Assembly (NCBI GenBank): GCA_963796685.1
Contig: CAWCMR010000013.1
Span: 320,001 to 384,000 of the forward strand
DNA length: 64,000 bases
Source of the DNA: an uncultured delta proteobacterium
GTDB taxonomy: Bacteria; Myxococcota_A; Polyangia; Fen-1088
Direction of reading: 5' to 3'
Under the pieces are notes generated by a model, which worked only from the letters and a program-made list of their open reading frames with translations, was not told where the DNA came from and made no database searches. The stretch's first letter is position 1, and each line of letters starts with the position of its first letter. The position numbers and the translations under genes were made by a program. Below, in pieces: positions 33,390 to 44,950 of the stretch.

Positions 33390-35177
33390 ATGAGCGATAG
33401 CGTTCGCACCATTGCACGACAGTTGCTTCACCAGGCGGTCAGGGCTGCCCAGGTGGAAGGCCTCCTGGGCGAGGTTCCCGACCAGGTTCCGATCGAACGA
33501 CCCAAGCGTCCGGAACACGGCGACTACGCCACGAACGTGGCTCTGGGTCTCGCCAAGGCCGCTGGCAAACCGCCGCGCGTGCTGGGCGAGGCCATCGCCA
33601 AGCATCTGCGACAGATCGGCGACGTGAATCTGGCGGAGGTCACGGTGGCGGGGCCCGGCTTCGTGAACCTGCGCTTCTCGGACGCGTTCTGGCAAGGGCG
33701 GCTCCTCGACATACGACAAGCTGGACGAAACTGGGGCAGGGGAGAGGCGAAGACCTCGCCCAAGCTTTGCGTCGAATATCTTTCCGCCAATCCCACCGGC
33801 CCACTGCATTTTGCCCACGGTCGGCACGCGGCCGTCGGCGATTCGCTGACCCGGCTTCTGCGTTTCGCCGGCTACGACGTGGTCCGCGAGTTCTACCTCA
33901 ACGATGCCGGCAACCAGGTCGGCATGCTCGCGCTCTCGGTGTGGGCGCGCTACATGGAGGCGGCCCGCGCAGTCGACCCCGCCGTGCCCGAGGTGACTTT
34001 CCCAGAGAACGGCTATCGCGGCGAGTACATCCGTGGCATCGGCCAAAGACTTCGTGACCGCGACGGCAAACGGTGGATCGCCGCCGAGCCACCCGCGGAC
34101 ATCGAGCCGATCCGGCAGTTCGCCATCGACAGCTGCCTGGCGATGATTCGAGCCACGCTGGCGCGATTCGATGTGGATTTCGATGTCTGGCAGAGCGAGC
34201 GGGCTCTGCACGAGGCAGGTGACGTCAAGGCGACGCTCGCACAGCTCGACAAGGCCGGCTTCATCGAACAGCGAGACAACGCGGTTTGGCTGCGCACCAC
34301 GGCCCTGTGGGGCGACGACAAGGATCGCGTGGTGGTCAAGTCCGACGGGCTGCCCACCTACTTGCTGGCGGACATCGCCTATCACAGGAAGAAGCTGGCG
34401 CGCGGATTCGATCAACTGTGCGACATCTGGGGCGCCGACCATCACGGACACATTCCGCGCATGCAAGCGGCGCTCAAGGCGCTGGGCGCCAATCCCGAAC
34501 AGCTTTCGGTCATTCTCATCCAGATGGTCAGCCTCTTGCGCGACGGCAAGCCCGTGGCCATGGGCAAGCGCGAGGGCGAGTTCGTGACCCTGGATGCCGT
34601 GGTCGATGAGGTGGGGCGGGACGCAACCCGCTTTTTCTATCTCATGCGCCGCCACGACACGCCGTTGGAGTTCGATCTGGAGCTCGCCAAGCAGCAGTCG
34701 ATGGACAACCCCGTGTACTACGCGCAGTACGCGCACGCGCGCTGCGCGTCCCTACTGCGGCGCGCGCGGGAGCTCGATGCTCCCACGCACCCGCCAACGC
34801 CCGACTTACTTGCCTCTCTCTCGTTACCCGAGGAGATCGCCGTCTTGCGTCGCCTGTCCGATTTCCCCGATTTCTTGGCCGACGCGGCAGCAGTGCGCGA
34901 ACCCCACCGGCTGGTGCAATACATCCAAGAATTGGCGAGCGAATTCCAGAGCTACTACACCCGTCTACAGAAGGTACATGGGGACAGCATCCTGCCCCAA
35001 AAGCGGCAGCGCGTGGGGGATTGGCGCGCGACCTGGGACTGGCGGCGGACCGCCGCTCGCCTGGCCTGGGTCGAGGCCATTCGCCAGGTGCTGGAAACCG
35101 CGTTGTCGCTGCTGGGCGTTTCCGCCCCGCAGGAGATGAAGCGCGCCGAAATCGCCGAAGAGGCCGAGGAACCGTAA
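33390..35177 (+). CDS. argS: Arginine--tRNA ligase
   Basis: GDYATN, SANPTGPLHFAHGR, NDAGNQ, GADHHGH, MGKREG, NPVYYAQYAHAR. Confidence 0.97.
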   Translation: MSDSVRTIARQLLHQAVRAAQVEGLLGEVPDQVPIERPKRPEHGDYATNVALGLAKAAGKPPRVLGEAIAKHLRQIGDVNLAEVTVAGPGFVNLRFSDAFWQGRLLDIRQAGRNWGRGEAKTSPKLCVEYLSANPTGPLHFAHGRHAAVGDSLTRLLRFAGYDVVREFYLNDAGNQVGMLALSVWARYMEAARAVDPAVPEVTFPENGYRGEYIRGIGQRLRDRDGKRWIAAEPPADIEPIRQFAIDSCLAMIRATLARFDVDFDVWQSERALHEAGDVKATLAQLDKAGFIEQRDNAVWLRTTALWGDDKDRVVVKSDGLPTYLLADIAYHRKKLARGFDQLCDIWGADHHGHIPRMQAALKALGANPEQLSVILIQMVSLLRDGKPVAMGKREGEFVTLDAVVDEVGRDATRFFYLMRRHDTPLEFDLELAKQQSMDNPVYYAQYAHARCASLLRRARELDAPTHPPTPDLLASLSLPEEIAVLRRLSDFPDFLADAAAVREPHRLVQYIQELASEFQSYYTRLQKVHGDSILPQKRQRVGDWRATWDWRRTAARLAWVEAIRQVLETALSLLGVSAPQEMKRAEIAEEAEEP

Positions 35178-35262
35178 GAGGAAACCGTAACAGGGAACCC
35201 CCACTCAACTCATCGCCCGATTCGCCGAGGAGAATGCCATGGGATACACTTCAGGGACTGCG

Positions 35263-36078
35263 ATGGAAGATCGAGGCCTGCGTGACATCGAACGTTGGCG
35301 CGACAAGATCGAGGTGCGCCTCGACAATCGCCAGGTCTTCTTCCTGTTCTTTGGCAGCGCCCTCGTGGCCTGCATGCTCTTCGTGCTGGGTGTCATCGTG
35401 GGCAAGCGGTTGGAATCGCGCGGACGCGCGGTCTCGCCCGTCGTCGAAGATCCTCTAGCCTTGCTGGACAAGGTGGCCACGAGCCCGCGTCCCGTTCAGT
35501 CCGGGGTGACCTTCCCGCAAGCGTTGTTCGGCTCCGCCAACAAGGCTGCGGCCGACAAGCACGCCAGGAAGAACGGCCTTCCCGCGGCCGGCCACGCCGA
35601 AGAAGATTTGGCCGCGCACAAGGCCCTCGCGTTGGCCAAGCCTGGCGAGGGAGCGATGGCCGCGCCTGTCCCGACCAAGGTGGCTGACAAGGTCAAGACC
35701 GCCGCCAAAGCGGAGGACAAGTCTGTCGAAGTGGTCGCGCAGGAGAGGGCCGCCCAGCCTGCGCCGAGCAAGGCCAAGACGGTCGAGACCAAGGAATCCA
35801 AGTCTGCAATCATCCCGACCGTGGCGGCGGCAGGCGACAGCAAGAGCAAGGGCCGCTATGCCTTGCAACTGAGCTCGTTTCAAGACAAGAGCGAGGCCGA
35901 AGCCTTTGCGAAGAAATTCGAGGGCGAGCACCCCTACATGGTGGTGTCGGAGATCCCTGGGAAGGGCACCTGGTACCGGGTGCGCGTGGGTGACTACGCC
36001 ACGGCCAAAGACGCGCTGGTTGCCAAGCAGTCCTTCGAGAAGAAGCACAGCGTGATTGCCTACGTCGCGCAAAAGTAG
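35263..36078 (+). CDS. SPOR-domain membrane protein (FtsN/DedD-like)
   Basis: N-terminal TM helix, Ala/Lys linker, YALQLSSF...GTWYRVRVG; follows argS. Confidence 0.88.
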   Translation: MEDRGLRDIERWRDKIEVRLDNRQVFFLFFGSALVACMLFVLGVIVGKRLESRGRAVSPVVEDPLALLDKVATSPRPVQSGVTFPQALFGSANKAAADKHARKNGLPAAGHAEEDLAAHKALALAKPGEGAMAAPVPTKVADKVKTAAKAEDKSVEVVAQERAAQPAPSKAKTVETKESKSAIIPTVAAAGDSKSKGRYALQLSSFQDKSEAEAFAKKFEGEHPYMVVSEIPGKGTWYRVRVGDYATAKDALVAKQSFEKKHSVIAYVAQK

Positions 36079-36120
36079 GGCGATTCACGAATTGTCCGGG
36101 CGATTCGCCAATCGCTGCGG

Positions 36121-39100
36121 TCAGAACATCAAACCGACGTTGAAGTGCGTTCTCCAGGTATCGTCGCCAGGGTGGCGGTTGAGCGGGATGGCGAAGGAAA
36201 GACTCAGGTCGCCGACCGGCAACTTGATCACGAGAGGCGAGAAGCCGATGCCGTGGCGGAAGTCGGCGGCGGAAAGGTCGCCGAGCGAGTAGCCGACCAC
36301 GCCGCTGTCCAAGAATACCGCACCATAAAGCGGCGCGGCGATGGGGAATTGCAGATCGATATTCTGGAGGATGCGGAGATTTCCCCCGACGGGGAGGTAC
36401 TGAACATAGTTGAGCCCGCCCACGCCCGGGGCGCTGACGGTCTCGGTGAGCGCGTAGTCGAGCTGGTAGCCGCGAATGCTGGTGTCGCCGCCGGCGAAAA
36501 AACGCTCGACTTTGGGGAGCAGCGCCGCCCCGCCGAGCGGGAGGCCCTGGTCGTAGCGGATGGTGTAGCGCAGGCTGAGCCAGGGCAAGATCGGGACGAC
36601 CGACAGTCCGCGGGCGTAGAGCTTGACGAAGGTGTCCTGTCCGACGCCGAACGACAGGGCGGGGAGGGCGACCTCGACGCCGGCCGCGACCTTGAATCCG
36701 CGCGAGGGAACCAGCAACTGGTCGAGGCGATGCCATTCCACACCCGTGCTCAAGCTGCTGACGAAGGTGCCAATGCGAACCGTGGTCTGATCTTGAAAGG
36801 GGCCGGGCTCGGCGCTGCGCATGAGCAACTCCGTCCGGGAGGTGTTGCGCAAGTTGTAGCGGACGTTGGCGTCGATGCCGGGGTACATCTCGCGCGAAAA
36901 GCCGAAGGAGCCGCTGCCGGAATGAACGTCGCCGAGTCGCAGGGTGGCCTGTCTGAGATAGCCGGCGAGGATCTCCATGCGAAAGAGCGTTCCCAGAAAG
37001 CGTGGATTGAGAAAGTCGGCAGTGGCGCTGGTCATGGACGAACCGTAGGCGGCCTGCGATGTGAGGGTCCAGCCGTGTCCAAAGAGGTTGCGGTGCTCGT
37101 AGCCGAGCGCTCCGTACACGCCGAGGGGGAACGAGGATCCGGGGGTGGCTTGGTCGGTCGAGGCGCCGGCGCCAACCCGGATGATGCCCCAGTGGTCGTG
37201 TCGCTCTTCCACTTCGACCATCATGGGGACGACGGGATCGCTCGTGCTCACGCCGGGGAAGCTCACCGGATTCGGGTTGTTGAAGAGCTGGATGAGGGCC
37301 AAGTTGCGCTGGGCCCGCTCGATGCCGCGTGTGGTGAGGATGTCACCCGTGCGGACTCCGCCCAGGTCAGGATGGTGTCGTCCGTGGTGAGGAAGTTACC
37401 GCGCATGAAGATGGGGCCGACCCGGACCTGGGGCCCCATCTTGATTTGCCACACGACCTGCATCTCATCGCCGTGGCGCTCGCTCTTGGCCTCGACGTGC
37501 GCGTACCGGTATCCGTCATCGCCCAGCGCTCGCTTGATGCGGTTCTCGTCGCGCTTGATGAAGGCCGGCTGGTACGGAGCGCCGACCACGGTGCGCAGCG
37601 AGTCGAGGTAGAAGGCGTCGTCGTGGGGCAACGTCTCGCCAGGGACCAGGCACTTGAAGGCTATGCCCGCCACCCACAGAAGCGGCGCCTCATCGATGAG
37701 AAAGCGAACGTACAGGCTGTCGGCATTGCGCCAGACGGCTTCCTCCGAGTGTTCGATGGTCTTTGGTAGCGGGCGCCACAGCCCAGGTCTCGGCGCAATC
37801 TCCGCGCTCACCTTGGTGTTGGGGTAGCCGACGGCGGCATAGTAATCGGTCAGGCTCTGCACGTCCAGATCGAGTTGGCGCAGGCTTGCAAAGCCGCCCT
37901 CGCCCAGACCCAGGATGCCCAGGAAGGGGTAGACGCGCGTGCGAATGCGGTCGGCCAGGACGTCCGAGCGAACGGCGCGATTGCCCTCGAAGGAGACACC
38001 GCGCACCTTGAGCAGCGGGCCCTCATCGATGACGAAGACGAGGCGGTCGGACTGCTCGGAAATGCGCTCGCGGCGCCAGGTCACCTTGACCAGCATGTGA
38101 CCGCTCTCGTGGTAGGCGTTCTCGATGGCACCGGCGCTGGCCACGGCTTCCACATCGTCGTAGGCGCCATGAGCGGACAGGGTCAGGTAGTCGCGCAAGG
38201 CTCCGGCCGAGCGGGTTCGGTTGCCTTCAAACGCGATCTCGATGTGCTTCCGCTCGCGAATGTCGATGCCAAGCCGCACGTCCTTGGCTTCGTGGTCCAG
38301 GCTGGTGGTCGGGTCGAAATCGTCCCTGACGCGGACGCCGGGGAAACCAATGCGGTGATAGTGGTCGACAAGACTGGCGATGTCCTCGCGCAAAACCGAG
38401 CGCCGGAAGGGCTGAGGCAGTACCCAGGCCGTGTACCATCTCCCGTGGCGAAATCCGTCGGCAATGTCCTCGGTCGGGAGTGCGGTGGCACCCGTCACCG
38501 TGAGAGGGCCAAGCGGATAGGCAGGTCCCAGTTTGACTCGCACGAGCAAGCTGACCTCGGCAGGCAACTTGCCGTCGTCGTAGAGCTCGATGGCCGCCTG
38601 CGCTTCCCAATAGCCTTGCGCGTGCAGAAAGTCGCGCACATGGTCAGATTCCGTGGTGATGAAGGCGTCTCGCTCCGACCCCACGGGCGGAAGTTTCATT
38701 CCAGGGCGGATGCTGAGCTTGCCGATGATGTCTTCCTGGCGCACCCCTCCGAGAATATTCGGCTGGTTCCCCGACACGAAGATCCGGCGGACGCGGTCGA
38801 AGGCGTGCAGCCGAACCCGAAGGCGGATACCGTCGGGCTGTGCCAGTGGGGTGATTTCGGAGGCGTAGCCGATGACCTGCAGGATGTGTCGCAAACGCGG
38901 AATGGTGCCGATGGGCATGCCGATGCGGTCGGCGTCGCCGGATGCGACGAAGGGAGTGCCCACGCCGGCAAAATCCGACAGCAAGGCCTCCACTTCCCCG
39001 GGCGGATCGATGCTGCCCTCGACGATGAAGCCGCGAATGCTGGTTGCGGACGCCGTGTCGCTCGGCGCGACCGGCGCGGTCTCCCCGAACGCGGCGCGCG

Positions 39101-39158
39101 GCGATAACAGGACGATCAGTCCCGCAAGGAGGAGGGCCTGGTGTGAGAACCGAAACAC
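36121..39158 (-). CDS. BamA/TamA (Omp85) family protein with multiple POTRA domains (one missing base ~37355; ~1012 aa if repaired)
   Basis: POTRA motifs (FVIDEGP, FEGN); barrel motifs HRNLFG, RFFAGGDTSIRGY; ends HFNVGLMF. Confidence 0.88.
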
Positions 39159-39184
39159 GTGGGGAAGCTCAGGGTATCAGTCGG

Positions 39185-42100
39185 TCATGGATTGGGGAAT
39201 CGCACCGGATATTCGAACGTCAGCTCCAACTTGAAGCTGTTGGTCTGGACGGGCAGGCCTTGTTGGAGGGAGTAGGTCAGGCGGTCGCCGATCACCCGCC
39301 CAGTGAGATAGTCGCGGAACCAGGCCACGCCCTGCGCCCGGTACCGCTGTTGACTTTGAAAGCCTCGCAGGTAGGACAATTCCAAATCGAACTCGCGGGT
39401 TCTGTGCGCCTGGAGCTTGAGCTCGGCTCCGTCGGCGCCCACGGTGGGACGCAGGTCCCATTTCCCCCCCGTGAGCATCTGCAAGGTGTCGTCGATATAG
39501 GGTTCGACCAGGTTCGACACGGTGTCGCGCGACACCTGGCCAAGCATGTCCAACCCGCTTTGCTGATTCATCCCGAACACCTGCCCACCGTTGCCGCTGA
39601 GATTGTCCGTGGTTCGGCCGGAGAGCAGAAGCAGCATGGTCTGGTTTCGATCCATGCCATCGGTGGTCGACAGGTCGATGGTGGCCATGTTGACCGGGCC
39701 ATTGATCTTCATGAGCACCACGTGCTCGTTGCCCGATGCGTCGACCACGGTATTCTGCGCCTCCAGGTTGAGCTCGGGCGTGTCGCCGTTCGCGAGCGAC
39801 TTGGTGGGGATGAAGGTCACGTGGTTGACATTGGGGACCAGCTCGAAGTCCCCACGCAAACCGATGATGTGAAACCGGCCGTCGGTGGGGCGGATTTCGC
39901 CCGAGAGGGTGGGCGACGACAGGGTCCCACCGATTCCAAGATCGACGGTGACGAGGATCTCGGGCGCGAGGTTGTTCTGCACCACGAAACCTTCACCGTC
40001 GGTGCGCACGCGCAAGGCGAGCGCCATGTTCTCCAGCAGAGGCTGCCCCTCCCAGAAGGGCTTCGCGTTGGAGGACTCGTTGATGCGCGAGGAGAGCACG
40101 AGATTGCGCACACTGAAGTCCTGCAAGTACCTGCCCGAGATGAGCCGCACGTCGCCCGAAAAGGTCAGACCGTCGGTGGGATTGCCCTTGAGCTCGGTGA
40201 CGAGCGAAAGGTCGTCGATCTCGAGGCCCTGGTCGCGATACCCGAGGCGATTCCCAGCGAGGGGGAAGTCGATGGCGTCCCACTCGAACTTGGGCCACAG
40301 GCTGCGAAAGTGCACGCGGCCCGACCTGACGCCCTTGGCGCCGATGAGCAGCTCGCCTTCATCGTCGATGCGAACTTTCACGTCCGTCAACAGAAGCTCG
40401 TGGCTGGAGAGCTCGACGATGCCGCTTTGGACCGCGATGTGACGGCTGATGCCGCGTAGCCGCATCTGGATTTCCCCCAGATCGATGCGCGCGGAGATTT
40501 GTGGATCGTCGAGCTTGCCCGACACCTTGGCCGAAATCGCCGCCTTGCCCGAGACATCGGAGACGGCGCTTGGCGCGATGGATTCGAGCAAACTGGCGCT
40601 GACTTCTCCCTGCGCGCTGAGGGCCACGGACTCCGGCGTGAAGGCCGGACCGAGGTTCACCTTGCCAGCGAGCTTCATGGTGGCGTCGCCGATGGTGACA
40701 GCCAGGTCGCTCAGCTCGACCGAGGACGAGCTGAGTCGCACCATCCCCGAGGGAATCAAAAGGGATTGCTCGAAGCCGTGCGCCTCGGCCCGAACCGGCC
40801 GCAGGATGGAGATCCTGCCGTTCACATCGGGTTTCTTCACCGAGCCACCCGCATGAATCTCGAGACCAATGCCGCCGCCGAGGGTGGTGAACCTGCTGGC
40901 CAGGAGGGGCTGGAGGAATTCGAGATCGAACTTTCCACCCAGGTCCGCCGTCACGGCTCGGTCCACCAACTCACCCGTTCCGTCCTTGATGGGGGTCACC
41001 TTGGCGGACAGCGTAGCTCTCCGCCCCGAGTGATGAGGCGGGCGGGGTCCACTACCACCTTCTCGGTGTCGGTGACGATGTGCAGATCGTTGGCGTTCTT
41101 GAGCCGGATGGTCTCTTCGCCCGTGCTGCCGTCCTCGCGCTCGATGGCACGCGTAAGCGAGGCCTCGATCTGCGAGAGGCGGACATCGATGCTCGGTAGG
41201 CGGCCCGGCTGCAGCTCGAAGCCGATTTGGCCGGACAAGGCGGTGGTGATGCCTTGCTCTTCGAGCTCGGGCAGCAGTTCCTCGGCGTGCAGGTTGTGGA
41301 ACGAAAGCATGGCCTTGGCACGGGCGCCTTGGGGGCTATAGCCTCCCGTTGCAATCAGGTCCATGCGCTTGAACAGATCTCCGCTCACGGCCAAGCTGCC
41401 ATCCGGGGTGGGCGCCAGCGCCAAGGTCGCGTTGCCCAAATCGAGGTCGTAGGCGCGCACGTTGGCGAGCGTGATGCTGCCCTCGACGGCGGGCTTGTCC
41501 AGGTTGCCTGTCACGTGCAAGTCGATGGACAGCGTTCCCGAGACCGGTGCATCGACCTTCGCGGCGGCCAGGATGGCGGCGATGGGAAGGTCGACGATCT
41601 TGATGGTCCAATCGATGCCAAGTGGCTTGTGGGTCAGGCTGACGTGTCCCTCGATTCGGATGTCGCCACCGGTTTTCGCAGCCACGTGGCACAGCTTCAC
41701 CACCAGCAAGTCCTTGTCGACCTCGATGTCGATGCCTTCGAGTAGCCAGGCCTGGCCGAGAACCTCGATGGTGGTTCCGGCTGGCACCTGGAAATGAACC
41801 TTGGGCTTCTTGGTCGAACCCGAAGCCGTCAGGTCGAACGAGACTTGCCCGGACACGACGCCCGAGACAACCAGCTCTTGCAAGGAGAGCTGCTTGCCGT
41901 CCAGGTGAAAATCCAGAATGGGCGCGGCCAGCATCTTACCCACGCTCTTTTCGAACAGCTTGGCGCTGCCGCCCCCCTCGACGGCGCCGCCCGCAATGCC
42001 CGCGCGCAGGGATTCCACGCGCAGTGTCCCGTCGTGCAGGCTGAAGCCGCTCGTCAGCTCGTCGATGACGGGGATGCCCGTCTTGTCGCCGCCGATGCCC

Positions 42101-43740
42101 TTGACGTCGACCCGGCCACTGGCGTTCGGGCGATCCATGCTGCCGGTCACGTCCACTGCCAGCGTCGCGCTCTTTGCCAAGGGGCCCACCTTCATCGTCG
42201 AAAGCACCTTGGGCAGATCGGAAACGCCGACGCGCAGGCCGATGTCGAGCAGCTTCTTGGCCAGCTCCACCTTGCCGCGGATCTCGGCCGTGGCGCCCGG
42301 GACGGCGATGCGCAGACCGGACGTGCTCGCCGACTCGGACGAGGCCTGGGCTCGTCCGGTGATGCGGACCGAGCTGGGAATCGCCTTCTGTCTGTACGAG
42401 CGGTCGTAGCGCAAGTCGAGGTCGGAAAGCCGCACTGCCTTCTTGTCCCCGATGTTGGCGGCGATGCCGAGGTGCCCCTGCACCTTGCCTGCGGCGAGCT
42501 TCTTGAGCCCTTGGGGAAGGTAAGCGTCGGTGCCGAAGTGGTCGAACGCGAGGCGGGCGGTGATGTCGTCTCCGGCCATGGTCAACTGGGTCGAGAATTT
42601 CCCGCCCGACGGCGATTGCAGCGACAGCTCCTCGACCTTCACGGTCATGGTGGGCGCGGTGGTGGCGAATTCCAGGCCGGCCTCGAGCGAAATTTGTCGT
42701 GCCTCGTAGGTCTGGAAGGCGGCATTCAAACCGCTGATGGCGGCCTTGATCTTCAAGGTGTCGTAGGGATCCCACAGATCGCCGACCACCTTGGCGTCGT
42801 CGCCCGACAGGCGCAAGCCCGCGAGGTTGTGCGGCCTGGCCACGGCGGTCAAGGCGTCGACGGCATGCTCGAACCCGGCGTGGATCTTGATGCCGCCCAC
42901 GGAATTCGCGCCGTAAATGCCGGTGAAAAAGCCCTTGCCGACCAGCTCGCTGCGCCCGGTCTTGGCCAGACGCAGGTCGAGAAAGATGTCATCGGACCAT
43001 TCTCGCGTGGTCGCCACGCGGTCGACGAACACCTGGTCGAAGGGCAGCACCTCGGAAATGACCTTCAAGTAGCCCCCTTCGCGCGCCTCCAGGTTCGTCA
43101 CGTCGAATCCGACGAACCCTTCCCCGTCGACCAGCAGCGAGGCCGGCGCGTGGATATCGCGCAGATCGAGCCCCCACGACCCGGGAAAATCGAAGATCGC
43201 GCGGAAGCCGTCCAGGTTGGCGTTGACGATTTGAAATACGAAGCCCTTTTCCTTCTTGGCGCCGGGCGGGGGTGGGGGAGGAGGCGGCGCCGGGTGCTTG
43301 GGATCGAAGGCGGAAAGAAAGCCGATGCCCGGGAGCTTGGTCATCTTGGAGAAGCGCCACACCGACTTGTTCGGTCCCACGTGCAGGTCGGAGAGGATGA
43401 TGCCGCCGCCGCCGATCAGCGTTCTCAATCGAACGCTCACCTCCAGATGGGGAACATCGAGCACCGTGGTGCCTTCAGGATCCTTGATGACCAGCCTTTC
43501 CACGACCATGGGCGTGGCCCTGTCCGTCACAAGGTCGTAGAGCAGGCGAGGCTTCCAGAAAATGGCCCCGAAGTGCAGCGAGCCCTTCATCTCGGGCAGC
43601 ACGCCGTTCACGATCTTGGCCAGACGTTCCCCCTGGACGAAGAAGATCGCCACGAGCAAAACGACCCCCACGAGGGCGAGCAGGCCGGCCAGGACGTAGG
43701 CCACGGCCTTGGCTATCTTTCGTCGTAACTGCGCGGTCAC
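39185..43740 (-). CDS. tamB: TamB/AsmA-like translocation-assembly protein (one missing base ~41011; ~1518 aa if repaired)
   Basis: N-terminal TM anchor; repeated GxxxxPxxxG beta-taco motifs; DUF490-like C-terminus (GTLSSPTLSG, LLLLLSGRT); adjacent to Omp85 gene. Confidence 0.78.
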
Positions 43741-43835
43741 ACCAGTGCCAGAGTACCCCGAGCGCAAGCGCCTCGCCAAGCGCAGTCGGTAGTTGCCCAT
43801 GCGCAACTTTTCGCGAGTGCGTCCGACAAGGAAGT

Positions 43836-44532
43836 GTGCTCCTGGACCACCTCCTGTCCATTCTCTGGCCCGCCCGCTGCGCCGGGTGCAACGCCCTTGT
43901 CGTGGAAGGGGCTGGCTTCTGCGACCCTTGCGGAATCACCCTTGTTCCCCTGGGCCCCAGACTGCCCAGGCTGCGCGATGCCCAGCGAGGATGGTTGCCT
44001 TTGCGGCGGCTGCCGTCGAAGGCCCTTTCCCTTTTCGCAGGCCTTCGCGGCGGTTGCCTACGGGGGCGCGCTGACCCAAGCTATCCTGCGTTTCAAACAC
44101 GGCGGCCACCGCCATCTGGCCCGCTCGCTGGCCACCCTCCTGGCGCCGGTGCTGAGGTCGGCAGCGAGGCAAGGACTCGACGTGGTCTTGCCAGTGCCGC
44201 TCCATCCCAGGCGGTTGCGCCAGCGCGGTTACAACCAGGCCCTCGAGCTCGTGCGCGCGGCCAGCGTGGGCGTGCCCCCAGGCGTTCGCGTCCTTTGCGA
44301 CGCGTTGTCGCGAACGCTCGAAACCCCGACGCTGGGACACCAGTCGGCGGCGCTACGCAGACGGATCGTGGCCGATGCCTTTGTTGCGCGTCCGCAGGCG
44401 GTAACTGGCAAGCGTATCCTGGTGGTGGACGACGTCATGACGACAGGCGCGACACTGGCCGAATGTGCCCGCACACTCTTGGCCGCCGGTGCGTCCAAGG
44501 TCATGGTCGCCGCCTTGGCTCGCGCGGTTTGA
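43836..44532 (+). CDS. comF: ComF family protein (one +1 frameshift ~43955)
   Basis: Double zinc ribbon (CAGC, CDPC, CPGC, CGGC), PVPLH...RGYNQA, VVDDVMTTGAT. Confidence 0.9.
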
Positions 44533-44572
44533 GGCGGTCTGCCTTTTGCCCGCGCGATTCGTGATTCCTCCC

Positions 44573-44600
44573 TTGACACACGATTTCGGATCGCTAAGGT
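44573..44600 (+). promoter_or_regulatory. sigma70 promoter of tRNA-Val, TTGACA-16-TAAGGT
   Basis: Read directly. Confidence 0.65.
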
Positions 44601-44626
44601 AGCCGCCCTGGACAAGAACAAGGCAC

Positions 44627-44698
<72 letters not shown>

Positions 44699-44703
44699 CA
44701 AGG

Positions 44704-44729
44704 AAAAGGACCCGCGAAGGGTCCTTTTT
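44704..44729 (+). terminator. Intrinsic terminator after tRNA-Val
   Basis: AAAAGGACCC-GCGAA-GGGTCCTTTTT. Confidence 0.85.
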
Positions 44730-44950
44730 GACCCCAGCGGATGAGCGTTGTCGGGTAAGAACCGCCCGTGCTCGCGCGATCCGCTATCGACAGGAAAGCG
44801 GGGAAAGCCGAGCAATTCAAAGTGCGGAATGCTATCCTGCGCAGCCATTGCGTCCCCACCATCCAACTGCTGCGACCCTTTTGCGAAACACCGGACCCGT
44901 CGCTTGCGCGAGCGACGATGATGGATATTCGCGTTCGGAGACCATGAACC

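Noticed and set aside
44730-44950. Possible T-box or other thrS leader RNA
   Set aside because: No T-box consensus (AAGGTGGTACC-like) or antiterminator found by eye.
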